DNA of 64,000 bases from contig OZ024743.1 in the NCBI GenBank assembly GCA_964016885.1, forward strand, positions 190,030,001 through 190,094,000, given 5' to 3'. The stretch comes from Eledone cirrhosa (lineage: Eukaryota). The notes beneath the pieces were generated by a model, which searched no databases, was not told where the DNA came from, and saw nothing but the letters and a program-made list of their open reading frames with translations. Shown piece after piece: positions 49,021 to 63,917 of the stretch (its first letter is position 1; every line of letters starts with the position of its first letter). The position numbers and the translations under genes were made by a program.

Positions 49021-50234
49021 GTAAAGGAGCTCTTAAGAGTCAATGGCCATCCAAAATCACCAGGAGAGATGACCCCTTAGCCTTTGTCAAGGCAGAATTC
49101 TAGGAGAAGGAAAACTCTGATATAACATCTGCAACCCTGATGGTTTCCAATGATGTTGACTTGTTCTTCTTTTTGGTAAATATCATCTTGGTTAAGAGAG
49201 TGGGACTGGCTTTGTGCAGTGCCTTTGCTCACTATAAAAGCTTCATGGCACAGGCATTGCTTTATATCTGGAGATCTCTCTGCACTTGTCGTCACATGGT
49301 ACCATGGGCCCAGCACTATGTGTCAATAATTGTCACAAGTGTAGTGTTTGTACCAGGGTTTTCAAGTCGTTGGCTGGACTAAAACGTCACACTTATTCAG
49401 CGCATCGGTAGGGGTTCTCCTACATGGATATAAAGTAGTGGCCGTACTCGAAAACGAGTTGCCAGCCACCATGTATGCATGTATGTATGACCCCTTAGCC
49501 TTTGTCAAGGCAGAATTCTAGGAGAAGGAAAACTCTGATATAACACCTGCAACTCTGATGGTATCCAATGATGTTGACTTGTTCTTCTTTTTGGTAAATA
49601 TCATCTTGGTTAAAAGAGTGGGACTGGCTTTGTGCAGTACCTTTGCTAACTATAAAAGCTTCACGGCACAGGCATTGCTTTATATCTGGAGATCTCTCTG
49701 CACTTGTCGTCACATGGTACCATGGGCCCAGCACTATGTGTCAATAATTGTCACAAGTGTAGTGTTTGTACCAGAGTTTTCAAGTCGCTGGCTGGACTAA
49801 AAAGTCACACTCGTTCAGTGCATCGGTAGGGGTTCCCCTACATGGATATAAATTAGTGGCCGTACTCGAAAACTAGTTGGCAGCCACCATGTATGCATGT
49901 ATTTGTGTGCGTGTATTTGTATATGTATATCATCATCATCGTTTAATATCAATTTTCCACCCACGCTAGTATGGGTGGGACTATATATACATTCATATAT
50001 ATGTATCCAGTTGAAAATAGGTACACTATATGTAAAGGAGCTCTTAAGAGTCAATGGCCATCCAAAATCACCAGGAGAGATGACCCCTTAGCCTTTGTCA
50101 AGGCAGAATTCTAGGAGAAGGAAAACTCTGATATAACATCTGCAACCCTGATGGTTTCCAATGATGTTGACTTGTTCTTCTTTTTGGTAAATATCATCTT
50201 GGTTAAGAGAGTGGGACTGGCTTTGTGCAGTGCC
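49021..50234. repeat. Local tandem triplication of a ~200-460-bp unit
   Basis: Near-identical blocks at ~49021-49487, ~49487-49900 and ~50032-50234, seen also as duplicated ORFs in the track. Confidence 0.92.
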
Positions 50235-50726
50235 ATGACTAAACGGATACGTGTCAGAAAGATCATCCAGCTGTAAAATATTGCCTCAAAAGTCCCAATC
50301 AACCAATAAAAAGGTTAATATAAAAATGATGATGTTTAATGATGATTAATAAAAATTAAGATATAAATGATATTTATTTGTATTAAGATTAAAAAAGTGA
50401 ATCTAAATAATTTAATATTTTTAAGTCCATATTCATTGTAATTTTATTATTGCATTGATTAAATATATTGATAATCTTCTCAGGTTTATATACGGTATGT
50501 CTGTTCTGCACATGTTATTTTCAGTGAGCCCATCAACTTGCTTCAAGCATGTCTGCTCCTTGCTTTTCCTAACTCTATCTATGATCAAAGCTGTCTGATA
50601 ATTGTGAAGCATCATAATCTCCATGGGTGTGTGAAAAGCTCTTTTGTGTGGTTCTTAGCCCAGTAAAAATTCTCATGAAATAATGTTTTGCTTGCTTTCA
50701 TTGTTCATGTTCATTATTAATATCGG

Positions 50727-50840
50727 TTTCAAATCCCGCCAGGGTTGACTTTGCCTTTCATCCTTACGGGGTCGATAAAATAAAGTACCAGTAATGCACT
50801 GGGTAATTGCTGGCCTTGTGCCTAAAGTAGAAACAATTAT
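50727..50840 (+). mobile_element. 5'-truncated SINE family A
   Basis: Begins within the B box. 19-bp duplication ATTATTAATATCGGTTTCA at 50713-50731 / 50836-50854. Confidence 0.9.
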
Positions 50841-51165
50841 TAATATCGGTTTCATTTATAGTGGTGAACATTATATCAAATGTTTGAGAAGAACTCTAGT
50901 TATGAGCTTGACCCTCAAGAGCTTTCATTTATATGCTTGTTATATTATGAGATCAAAACAATACTTGGTCTGTTGTTTATTAATTTTGCTTACTTTTGTT
51001 GCTAATTTTATTCCAGAGTGATGACCTGAGGAATTGCAAGGCTCTTACACAAATAATGTATTAGTATCTTTCAATATTGATTTCAGGTAACTAAATTGAA
51101 TACTCTTCCTCATGGTAGTGAGTTCATTGTTGAGCTTGGTTATATATATATATATAAAAGAAAAA

Positions 51166-51232
<67 letters not shown>

Positions 51233-51237
<5 letters not shown>

Positions 51238-52009
51238 AATTAAGTTAAAAATGTACATCTACATATGCATACTGAAATACTAGTGTGTATATGAATACAC
51301 ACACGTATACATATGTAGGTGTAACAAGTCTTTCACTGGTTGCTTTACCGTGAGCAGCCCAGCTATTCTGTATGTAAACACACAGACAAACCGGTTTTTA
51401 GAGTCATACTGGTTTTCATATACACACTAGTATTTCAGTATGCATATGTAGATGTACATTTTTAACTTAATTGTTTAAGCGTCAGTCATACAAAAGTGAG
51501 TTACAAACGAAACGAAATTTAATTTCGTTTCGTTATTTGTTTTTATCGTCTCCGCTGAACCGGTGCGTACTCACACTCTATGCAAATTAGTCTGCCCACT
51601 ACTAATTTTCATAGAAAAAGCATATAACGATATGTGCTTTTACAATTCTCCAGAAGGGCCGGTAGATAGGTAAATATTGCTGATGAGTTGTAACAACAAC
51701 GAAACTAGTTCAATATTCCTTTCTGGCCTTCTGGAGAATAGAGGGAAGGTGTTCCCCCGAAAACCAGTATGACTCTAAAAACCGGTTTGTCTGTGTGTTT
51801 ACATACAGAATAGCTGGGCTGCTCACGGTAAAGCAACCAGTGAAAGACTTGTTACACCTACATATGTATACGTGTGTGTATTCATATACACACTAGTATT
51901 TCAGTATGCATATGTAGATGTACATTTTTAACTTAATTGTTTAAGCGTCAGTCATACAAAAGTGAGTTACAAACGAAACGAAATTTAATTTCGTTTCGTT
52001 ATTTGTTTT

Positions 52010-52012
<3 letters not shown>
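51233..52012 (+). mobile_element. Non-coding hammerhead-bearing retroelement (retrozyme / PLE pLTR-like)
   Basis: A 185-bp inverted segment (51233-51417 versus 51759-51943), then a 466-bp monomer with a 132-bp terminal direct repeat (51415-51546 = 51881-52012). One perfect hammerhead core; (TA)n on both sides. Confidence 0.88.
51673..51717 (+). ncRNA. Minimal type-I hammerhead ribozyme, canonical core
   Basis: AATATTG-CTGATGA-GTTG-taacaa-CAAC-GAAAC-TA-GTT-CAATATT. Stem III is the palindrome AACTAGTT. An outer helix is formed by 51646-51660 / 51725-51738. Confidence 0.92.
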
Positions 52013-53066
<1,054 letters not shown>

Positions 53067-53497
53067 CGAAGGAGTTGTGGTAAGGAACCTGATGGACCAT
53101 AACGCACAAGAGTACTCAATACTTAGGGTTTAGCTCTGCCGTCGGGGTCATACATTTTCGTATATAGATAGATAGATATATGTTTTATGTATTTCTGTAG
53201 AAAAGGTATTGTACAGAGTTATTTAATTATATAATAAACAACACAATATAATTAATCCATTACCTAAGGTTTCGTGAAACTAGTCGGTTCTAACAGAAAC
53301 GTCCAGATGAAATATTTATGTTATGGCTATAAGAATTGAAATTAAAATCTATTAAAAATGAAAGTGAATTAAAATAACAGAAAAGAATACATGTACACAC
53401 AGAACCAGATATACATGCACATATACATAAAATAAAAATATATACCCACATACAAACCCATATACATATATATATACACACAAACACACACACACAC

Positions 53498-53576
<79 letters not shown>

Positions 53577-53581
<5 letters not shown>

Positions 53582-54870
53582 TAAAATAACAGATTAAAGT
53601 TTAAGCAAAGAATCGCTGCTTTCACCCTTAACGGGATCTTCTGAAACTAAAAAAGTCGATCTGTAAACGCAGATGTGGATATTTCAAAAGACGTTGCAAC
53701 CGGAGGAAGACAGGAAGACGATACTTTGGTTCGTGGAAACGTTCGCTGGCAAAGAACGGGAAAAAACGAATATAATACGTCATTAATAGGAGCGGTGAAA
53801 AACAATTACACGCAAATACAGGACCACGTTTATGGTATAAAAGAAGTCGTAGACTAATGTTCTCTTAGGTGGTTCATAGAGACGTTCTCTGGCAATAAAC
53901 GGAAAAAACAAAGATAATACGTCATATGTGGAGCGTGGAGAACAATTGCACGCAAAGACAAAACCTCGTAAATGGTATATCTGAAGTCGTAGACTAAATT
54001 CTAACTAGGAGACCGAATGATTCTCCGCTTCAGAGTAAAGAATAAAGTAAAGAAAATACAAGACAGAGGTAATTGAAATGAAATAAATACATACAGGCGT
54101 CCGAATACGTACATACAAAAGCATACGAGAAAACACTCGCCATAGGTATACAAAACTACGCTCATATAAATATGTGTGTGTGTGTGTGTGTGTGTATACA
54201 AATAAATAAATAATTAAATAAACGTATATAAATAAATAAATACGTATATAACAAGCGCACACACATACCTACATGTAAATACACGAATGTTCGGAGACGT
54301 ACGTCAACCAAAACGTGAAGTGCACATACACACACCCAACATACGTACGAACCCGCATACTCACACAGACGCAAAACTCCCGTATACACATAACCAAAAG
54401 CATATGTACCAGAATATATAAAAATATACGCCATAACATATACAATCAAATATAAGTACGAGAAAGTATAAGTACCCTCACAAAACATACAGGTAATATA
54501 TACTTGCCTATGCAAATAAGTAATGGTATAAACATAACATATACTTAGCTACCACATCTAGACGTAAAATATCCACGTATAGATCGTACTATCCGTTAGG
54601 GTATAACGTAGGGCTGTAATACAGGAAAGTTTTGTGCAATTTATGTTTACAAGCCGGTTGCAACGTTTTTTGAAATATCCACTTCTGAGTTTACAGATTG
54701 ACTTTGTTAGTTTCAGAAGATCCCGTTAAGGGTGAAAGCAGCGATTCTTTGCTTAAACTTTAATCTGTTATTTTAATAAATATTTGCTCTACGGTTCTTA
54801 TATATTTGATATATATTTTCCTTATCGAGCCCTCTTTTGATTTTAGTCTTCAAATTTATTATTATTACTA
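53577..54870. mobile_element. Non-coding interspersed repeat, copy 2 of the 3631-4930 family
   Basis: 53676-54040 matches 3631-4000 directly, and ~54000-54550 matches ~4015-4560 inverted. ~53577-53705 is inverted against ~54652-54782. TA flanks. Confidence 0.85.
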
Positions 54871-57800
54871 TATATATATATATATATACACATTTAAATA
54901 CACATACATAACATAATTATACATACATATATATATATACATACATTTAAATATATACGTACATTTAAACACACATACATAACATAATTATACATACACC
55001 TATGCACACACATACGCACACATTTATATATAACACACTCACACATATATACACACATATATAGATACATACATACACACACATATAGATACGCACATGC
55101 ATATATAAGTCAGTGTCAATAAATATGTGGACATACACATATATACGTAAATTAAGCAGACAGATGTGCGTAGATAAAGTAATATAAATACGTACATAAA
55201 AACATGCATGCATAAATACAACAAATACCCGCGAATATACATATAGAAATATATATACACACTGGTGGAGCAGCCCACTGTAGAAACCATGCTTGAAAAG
55301 GTTGAGAGGTCAATTCAGTTATTTCAATGACACAACAACCCCCATAGTGTTAGTGATCTACAAGATATATGCACCCAGTACAGTTTTTTTAGAAGGACAT
55401 CAAGCCATAAAAAGCTTGCCAAACAAGGTTGGAAGGAACCTCTGTGTGTGTCAAAGACATGCCAACCTCTTCAGTGTTGGTGCCAAAATAGAATGCACTT
55501 GGTAGAACAGGAAGTTGTATGTAAACGAGATGTGAATCTCAAGCCTGTCTGAGAGGTCAGTGACCCTATTTCAGTACAGGCATGCTCAGTGAAGACCCTT
55601 GCTAGCAGGGAAAGCGGACATTAAATAATGATGAGGGTCATCATATATATGCAAGGATTGGAGGTTGAAAAGCTTGCAGTACAATCATCAGTTCCTATGT
55701 TCAATCCCAGTGATTCATTTTGAAAAAAATGCATTTATCATGGCATTGAGCCAACATATGTAAAATTGTGTAGACCGATGCTATATGGAAGCCTGGATTT
55801 TACTTGTAAGAGTTGCAATTTTGTCCCATGATGTCACGCTAATAGTATCTATGGAATATGCAGTCACTTACATATTAATGTTATGAATCAAATATTTATT
55901 TAATTAAACAAATGGATATCTATCATAAGAACTGACAGGTGATTCATTACACACACACACACACATATATATATGACTTTTACAGGACTGGAAATGTATG
56001 TGTTTGTATGTATCTACATATTTTTATAATTAAACATTCACATATGTATGATTGTATGTTTGCGTGGGTATTTATTTATGCATATATCTGTGCACCAGAA
56101 CTTCGTTAACCCCAAATCGAATATTAAGCAAGAAATGGATACTCAAAGAGCCCTTAATATATTACTGTATAGGGTAAATATTATAAGGCAGAATAAAATT
56201 ATTGTAAAAATTAGACATTTACAAAAAAGAAAATGTGTATTTGCGAACGTTTGTAATTCTTTATCACTTAAAAAAATATTATATTATTTTTTATTGATTT
56301 TAAATCTTAATTCGTTGTTGTCTATGCTAAATTTGTTGTTGTTTTAATTGACGTTCAGTTTCTAAAGCATTTTAACGCATACTTTACAAAGAGATAGGAG
56401 GTTTTGTTGATGTTCAATATTTGCATTCGTGTCCCTCTTTTAAAAGTGTCTGACACATCAATGAAATCAATATCAAACACTATTTGATACCTTCATTTGG
56501 CTTTTCTTTTCATGCAAGACATTTATACAGAATTGCAGATGTAATTTCTCAAGACTGTCATTGATATTCAAATATTTATTCCACGAGTTTTAAATCCTGC
56601 TTTTCTAAATTATGCTTTTCCATTTGCTTTCGATCTCATTTATTTCATTGCTGTTTGTAATTATTTTGTCAAATGTTCTTGCATAGTCATGTTCAATGGA
56701 TATTTGTTGTTTGTTTTTATAAAGAAAGGAAAATAATATACAAATAATCAACAATTAATTACCAAATTGAAATTATTCACTTGGATTTGATATTCCTTGT
56801 AGGTTATATTTTATACATTTATCTAATTGTATTCATCTATTTATTCATCATTTTGTTTTTATGATTATATACATTCAAAAGTGTTTGCGAGTGGATCTGT
56901 TTCTATATTCTCAAATGAAATTAAATTGTGTGTGTGTGTGTTTTATATGTAGCAGGATATGTAGCGCAGAGGATAGGTTCCCAGAGTAGTAAAGATACTT
57001 GACATAATTTCTATTCCTAATAGTTATATATAAATCACTTTCTTTTGTCTTATTTCTGAATGTAAATGCCACATCTATTAAATCTTGACCCAGATATTAA
57101 ACGACAAAAAAAACAGTACTTTAGTGTAACATTATCATGGATCCAATGACAATGATTTCAAAACAAGCAGTCTTTATAAGCATTTGTTTAATTATAGTTA
57201 GTTATATAAATGATTAAATTACTGAATTAGGAATTTAGCCAATTACCAGGACTTGACATGCTGCTTCCTTTCTGTGCCAGTTTCCATCAAGATCTGTGGT
57301 ATCCTCAGTCCCTGAAGTGCTCTTTCCTCTGCAAGATCGAAAGGAATGCACCATACCTGAGACATGAGCCCTATAAGGTGGAATGGTTGATGCAGTGGAT
57401 GATACTATATGTTCTCTGCAGCAATGCTTTTATTTTACTGTAAACATCAAATAATCCAATTGAAATTTGTTGAATTAAAACAATCCATACTATCTCAAAT
57501 AAAATACACCCGCATGAAAAAAACTATAAGATTCAAATTATATAAAAGCATTGCAGCTTCAACTTAGACAACGTTTGTTAGTCTTCTCTCTCCATTACTT
57601 CATTCATACAAAAGGCAAAATATTATACCATTTCAAAGAATTGTTTCTACTAGTAAAAACAATGACAAAAACAACATTCAAGAATTGAAAATTATATTGA
57701 ATTAACAGTAGCCAACATAAAGAATTATATATAAAGTATTAAAAACATGCATAATTTGAGTGCTTCACAGCATGTTTTAAATGTAATTATAAATAGTTGT

Positions 57801-58112
57801 AAACTGATAGTTTGTACATATAGTGGAGAATTGTAATTAATTAAAAAATAGTTCATCTCAGAATATCCCTAGTCATCAAAATATATTATTCACTCAACAG
57901 GTGTTTCCATTTTACACTGCATGTACAAATGAATCTAAAAATTACTCAGAGAAATTAGCCAGGGACACTCTATATAAAACACAATACCGAAGCCATTGTT
58001 TTCATGTTTAAAAATAATGAACATTGAAAAGCTATTTAGAAATAATTAGTGAGGAGAAAATATGCTTAAATAATGACTAACATTATTTTAATTATTCTCA
58101 TAAGTATCTATA

Positions 58113-58340
58113 TGGAGGCACATGGCTTAATATGGAGGCACAGGGCTTAGTGGTTAGAGCATTGGCCTTGCAATCGAAAGGTTGTGAGTTCAACTGCAAA
58201 GTGGTCGTGGAGGTGCCAGCACTCACTGTAAATGAGGTTGGTTTTAGGAAGGGCATCCAGCTGTAGAAATCAAGCCAGAATCAGTTCCTGTCCCACCCTT
58301 GCAAGCAGGGAAAAGCAGACGTAAAATGATGATGATGATC
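58113..58340 (+). mobile_element. SINE head fused to RTE 3' UTR and tail
   Basis: GGCTTAGTGGTTAGAGC...GAGTTCAA joined to CTGCAAAGTGGTCGTGGAGGTGCC...TTAGGAAGGGCATCCAGCTGTAGAAATC...(GAT)n, as in 38963-39223. Confidence 0.75.
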
Positions 58341-59389
58341 TATAGTATTAAATCAAACTGAGTTGTGTTTTCTTTTCATTACCCAATAACTATTTCTAAT
58401 TGGTGACAGGAAGGATACCCAGCCATAGAAAGCCTGTTAAACAAAGGGTCAGATGGAATCTTCTACTGTATCAAATGTATAAAGATATGACAGAAATGTA
58501 TGTAAGTGATACATGTAGGCCCTGCTAAACCATTTGAGAACTATTTCTAAACAGAACATCTTAACACATACACATTGCAGCTAAGTCTTTTATATACATT
58601 AGCTAATGCCTTTGCTGTGCTTCTACTTTTTCACAGCTCCGCACTGGACATGTATAGCTATAAAACCCATAAATAAAATCTCTAAATACAAATATCAATG
58701 TCTCCTGCAGCTTACTACATGAAACATTTCATCTAATAAATAAAAGCATGGATAGACTTTTGGAAAACTTAATCCCCCTACTCTTCATTTCTCTTGGCAT
58801 GTCAAGGTACATGAAAATAGAATAGATTTAGAAAAGAGAGTTTGGGAATGAAGGAGATTCAGAGAAAGAAAGAATTAGCACAAAAAAAGGGAAAGGAGAA
58901 AAACAAAAGAATGTACAAGTACATGAAGATATTTGCTAAAGGAAAATAAAAAAATAGAAATTATATTCTTATAAAATGTTGACTAAATATTTGAAAATGG
59001 AACAATCTCTACATACAAGTATTTGCAAATGTATTTTAAAAATTTATTTCAAAACTATTTTCGATCTAAAATAGTCACAGAGGGGTAGTGAGATAGAGAA
59101 GGCATGTAATAATTAAACAATTTCCAACAGATAATTCTTTACTATTTGAAGTAAAGAATTGCAACTGTCCCAAATGATTAAGTATCAGAATAGCAGCCAA
59201 CAGGCTGATCATTTCAAATCCAATAACCTGAAACCTGCTCTAAGGAATGGAAACATTATATAAAATCTAAGATTAAGTGTATTGTTTTTCAACAGTGTTA
59301 GATTTCGAACATCATATGTACCTACCAAAGGAAACTCTAAATTAGCACAATATATTGTTGGTTACTGGGGAAATATGAAAGAAAATATT

Positions 59390-60890
59390 ATCATCACGAT
59401 TATCATCACCATCTAACATCCATTGTTCCATGCTAGCATGGGTTAGACCTGTTGCCTTATTGTGAAACAAGCCAAGTCTGATTACTCTCACTAGCATATA
59501 CAGAACTGGTTTTGGCTTGGTTTCTATGGATGGATGCCCTTTCTAAGACTAATCAGATTTAGAATATGTGCTGAGTGTTTTTTGCCATGACATGTACATG
59601 ACCTCTTCAAATTGTGGGCTGGGCAATTTTTGTCATGTCACTTACACAACCACTTTACAGAGTGGGCAGGGCGTTTTTTGTTGTGACACCTACACAAACA
59701 CATTACAATGTGGGCTGGATCCTTTTTGTTGTGTTACCTACACAACCTCTTTAAGGTGTGGGCTGGGAACTTTTTGTCGTGTCACCATCATGAACACTTT
59801 ACTGTGTGGGCTGGGGACTTGGGTAGGGGGAATTGTGTGGGGATTAGGGAGGTGGGTATATGGGTGTGTGTGAGGGGGCAGAGTGTTTGGGTGTGGGTGG
59901 AATGTTAGGATGTGAGTGGATCGTTAGGACATGGACATAGGGAGGAGTGTTAGGACGTGGAGGTGTATGGAAGGGGGAGGAGGAAGGTAATGCATGCACA
60001 ATGTATACTTCAGCCTGTGCACATGGAAAGGTGGGTCTTCTGTTCTACTGCATAATACCAGAGATATCAATCTTGTATCATTACCTTTGAGAGATGCAAT
60101 TGTGCAAGGTTAGCTTTTATCACCTCATCTCAAGTCTTCCTAGTCTTCCATCAACCTTGAGGCCCTGCATATTTTCATACAGCTATCATCCATTGTATGC
60201 ATCACATATCAGTACTAACATATTCTCCTCTCTTGCACACTGCATCTGATCCCTCTTATACCCAGTTTCACTCTCACTTCATTTTTGTTTTGCCGTTCAT
60301 GTATATTACTTATACACATCCATCAAAGCATGGAGGCTCCATATCTTTCCAATCGTCGTAAGTCCTCTGCACCCAGTGCCCAGGTATCACTGCCATACAA
60401 TATTGTTGTTTGTATACATGCATCATACAATCTGCCCTTTATTTTGAGGGGAAAACTTTTTATAGGTAGCAGCAGTAGTAGCTCCTTGAACCTTCTTCAT
60501 CCCGTTCTCACTCTAGTTATAGTTCATTCACTTCCACTGCTAATTTGGTTGCCCAGGTAATAGAAACTATCAGGTACTTCTACCGAGCCATCCGGACATT
60601 TAAAGGAGTTAGTGTCCTGGGGGCTCTTGCTACTTACTGCACCTATGCAACGGCCACATATAAAACCTATATTCTTTGCTAGCCTACATTTCTTGTGTAA
60701 ACATAGTTTGCATTTGGGGTATAGGATTGAATTGCTACCTACTCCTTTCCTGCAGCCTGACCAAGGCCATTTTCTGGAGGGAATTTGGGCCCTGTTATCG
60801 TTTCTAAATACTAGAATTTTACTCTTTGCCAGGTTGACATTAAGATCTTTAGATTCTAGGCCTTGCTTCCAAGATTGGAATTTCTGGAAA
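59390..60890 (-). mobile_element. Decayed RTE LINE 3' portion
   Basis: ORF 60524-60919 (KFQSWKQGLESKDLNVNLAKSK...CRKGVGSNSI...FICGRC...FYYLG) is homologous to the 14288-16417 protein. 3' UTR ~47-bp repeats at 59570-59815 and an (ATC)n tail near 59390-59410. Confidence 0.9.
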
Positions 60891-61810
60891 CATTTAGTAG
60901 GAACAAATTTCTGATGCATGCACTGTTAAATTACAAAATAGTCTGTGAACTCATGTCAAACAAGGCGATTCTTCCTGAATATATATAACATTAAAATGAT
61001 GATAAGAAAGATGATGTAGTAGTACTAGTAACAGTAGCAACAACAGAACTGCAGAAATTTTAGAAGAATGAGCTAAGTATTGCATGAAAAGCAGATTAGA
61101 AATAAACCGAAAAATCGATGGACATTAAAGAGGTTAACTTACATGAATAGAAGTGACTGTTCTTGTTGGAGGTGTAATGAAAATATATGGCTCCTGTACA
61201 GTAGAAGGTACCCTCAACAATGGATACACAAGATGAAGAAGTGAGACTTAAATTAGATAATGAGCCTAACATACTAGATGATACAGGATTGAGGGCAATT
61301 GTTATATACCACTAGCATGTTATATAACACTACCATGTTAGCAGATATTATACACAAATATACATGCATGTAGATATGATATATCAAATAAAATCGTAAT
61401 TGACAATATACACAGAAATTGAAGAGAAACTGTGTTGCACTCTCTTATGTAATCAGTAACATAATCCATGATATATTAAAAAAATGATATATATAAACTG
61501 CATTAGGAGAAAATTAGTGACGGAAATATATGAATGTTTATTTAAGCGATCGCTAACTGGAAGTGTTGACATTTGAAAATTTTAAAGAAGTGAATCTTAA
61601 AATAAGCAATACAATTATTTATATTTAATCAACAATAACGAAATTTAGTAGATAAATTATGTAATATTCCTTCATTATTTATTCAAAGTAATCCAACTTA
61701 TTTTACAAATGGATAAAAAAATATATTCTGGATGAAGTCTCGCACTCCTTACTTTAATATAGTTTAGATATTGCAAAGCTACCCAACTGAAGTCTGCATG
61801 GAAAATGACA

Positions 61811-61997
61811 TTAATCCTTTAGAATTTAAACCAGCTGTATATGGCCAGAATTCTCTCACTTCTTTCTATTCAAACAAGCTGTAAATAATATCAAAATCTC
61901 AAATTCAATATCATGTGAGATAATTATGTGAAATAAAGCCTTTACTGTAAAAATCCAATTGTAAATATAGAGTAATGTAAATGCTAACAGGTTCAAA
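61811..61997. mobile_element. MITE-like element (piggyBac-like TTAA terminus)
   Basis: TTAATCCTTTAGAATTTA ... TAAATGCTAACAGGTTCAA imperfect TIRs; multi-copy in this window. Confidence 0.6.
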
Positions 61998-63917
61998 TCA
62001 ATGAAAATGATAATGAGATGAATGTTAAAGACGAGGAAACTTCATCGATACAATAATCAGGAATTAACTTTTCATTTTGTCATTGTGTAAAACATATGAC
62101 TACCAGAATATAATGTTTGTTGAGAAAATATTTAAAATTCAAAACACAATTCAATGGTTAGAATTAGAATGAACAAATGTAACTAAATTTCAATGAGCTT
62201 ATATTATGTTTTCATTACTCGATAGTAATTTCTAATTGGTGACAGGAAGGATAAAGAAAAACAGCCAAACAAAAGGCAACAGGGACCCATCGCTAGTGTT
62301 CGTGCCACAATAAAATGCACTTGATAGAATGCAGAAATGTATGTATATGATCTTTATACCCTCAAGCTTCACTTGAGCACTGCCTCAGTCTGTGAAGGCC
62401 TGTCCAACTATTTCTTGTGGGGAAGGTAGATGTTAAAAGATCATGATGATATTTAATGCTCATTGCCTTAAATATGTTAACACAAACATGACTAAATTTT
62501 TCCATGTGAATGTTATTACTGAATGATATCTCCTAGTAATTTATTCTCTAAAATATAATTTTTATATCAATTCATGTAAAATATTGTATAGATACTTAAT
62601 TATTCACCCATTACCATTTTGGACAGAATTGTAGAGTCTATGCCTAACATGTAATAATTAAAATAATATTTGTCATTGACTAATATTGTTTATTTTCTCA
62701 CTGCATATTTCCTTGCAATTAATGCTCACTGATTGAAATATATTAACACATTCTCACTACAGCTACTTTTTCTGTGTACATTAGCTGTTCGGTAAATTGA
62801 CATATTAAAAGGAATATTATAGGGAAATTTTGTCGTTAATTCTACAAATTGTTTTCTGTTCATACTTTGTCAAACTGAACTTCTGGGAATTTTAACCAAA
62901 AGCATTCTAATATGGTATAATTTATGAATAAAATTTTGATTAATTTATCAAACAATATATATTTTATGCAAATTTTGAGATTTACATTAATTTTTACATA
63001 TCACCTTCAAGTTAATATAAGGTTATGTTTGACTTCTTTACTGAGGTAGGAAAATGTGTATCCAAAGACCAGTGACTAGCATCTGCTGAGTAAGGTTAAA
63101 AGTTAATGGGCAGTCTGAATTTGAACATCAGAGCTGAAGGGAAACTTTAGATAGGATAAATTCTTCCAGAGGGGAGCAATTCTGTAGTGTAAGGATTGGC
63201 TAAAATTCATTAATGTGGTATTCAATTATTGATAAATGTTGTTCAGATAGAGCTTGTGGTTATATTTTAATTGTAAACTGTCATCAAATTCAGAAGAAAA
63301 CACACTACTAAAGAAATATATAAGGAGACTAGATACAGAGGACTTGGCAGTAGGCAAGAGCTTGTTGTTGCTGTCCAAGCCAGCTCTTATTCAGGATACT
63401 TATGGCAAAAAGCATTCCAGATTTGATTGTCCCATCTATTGCTTTTTGTATATTTTAAATTATACTAGTCAATAAAAGCTATTTTCCAACAGTGGCCTAT
63501 ATTTGAGGGCAATCTGAAATTTCTAGCAGATGAGTATATTTTTAGAGTCCCTCTCATTTGATTACAAGTAGTTGAAGTGTGCTGGAGAGTAAACTGTCTC
63601 TGTCTTTGTATGTTCGGCCCTTGTGGCCAATAATAAAGAAATCATTATTCATGTGGGCTTTTGTTGGGGTGGGTGGAGAATGTGTTTTTGTTATTCAAAG
63701 TATAATGGCTTTATATTTTGTCACATTTATAGTTTTGTAGCTCTGAATAATACATTCAGTTTCATTCTTCCAAACTGTAAATTAAATATAGGTCATGAAA
63801 AATGATAAATTTATTCAGTGTTTTTTTCCTATCTCTTCAACTAATAATGGTGTCTGATTTAGGCATGTTGTCTGACACTCTACCAATTCTATCCATCCAC
63901 CACCTTTCAACTAATAA

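Noticed and set aside
57245-57430. GC-richer island with an open minus-strand frame ending at a GT donor-like site
   Set aside because: No convincing acceptor or polypyrimidine tract and no recognisable protein motif, so an exon cannot be supported without RNA data.
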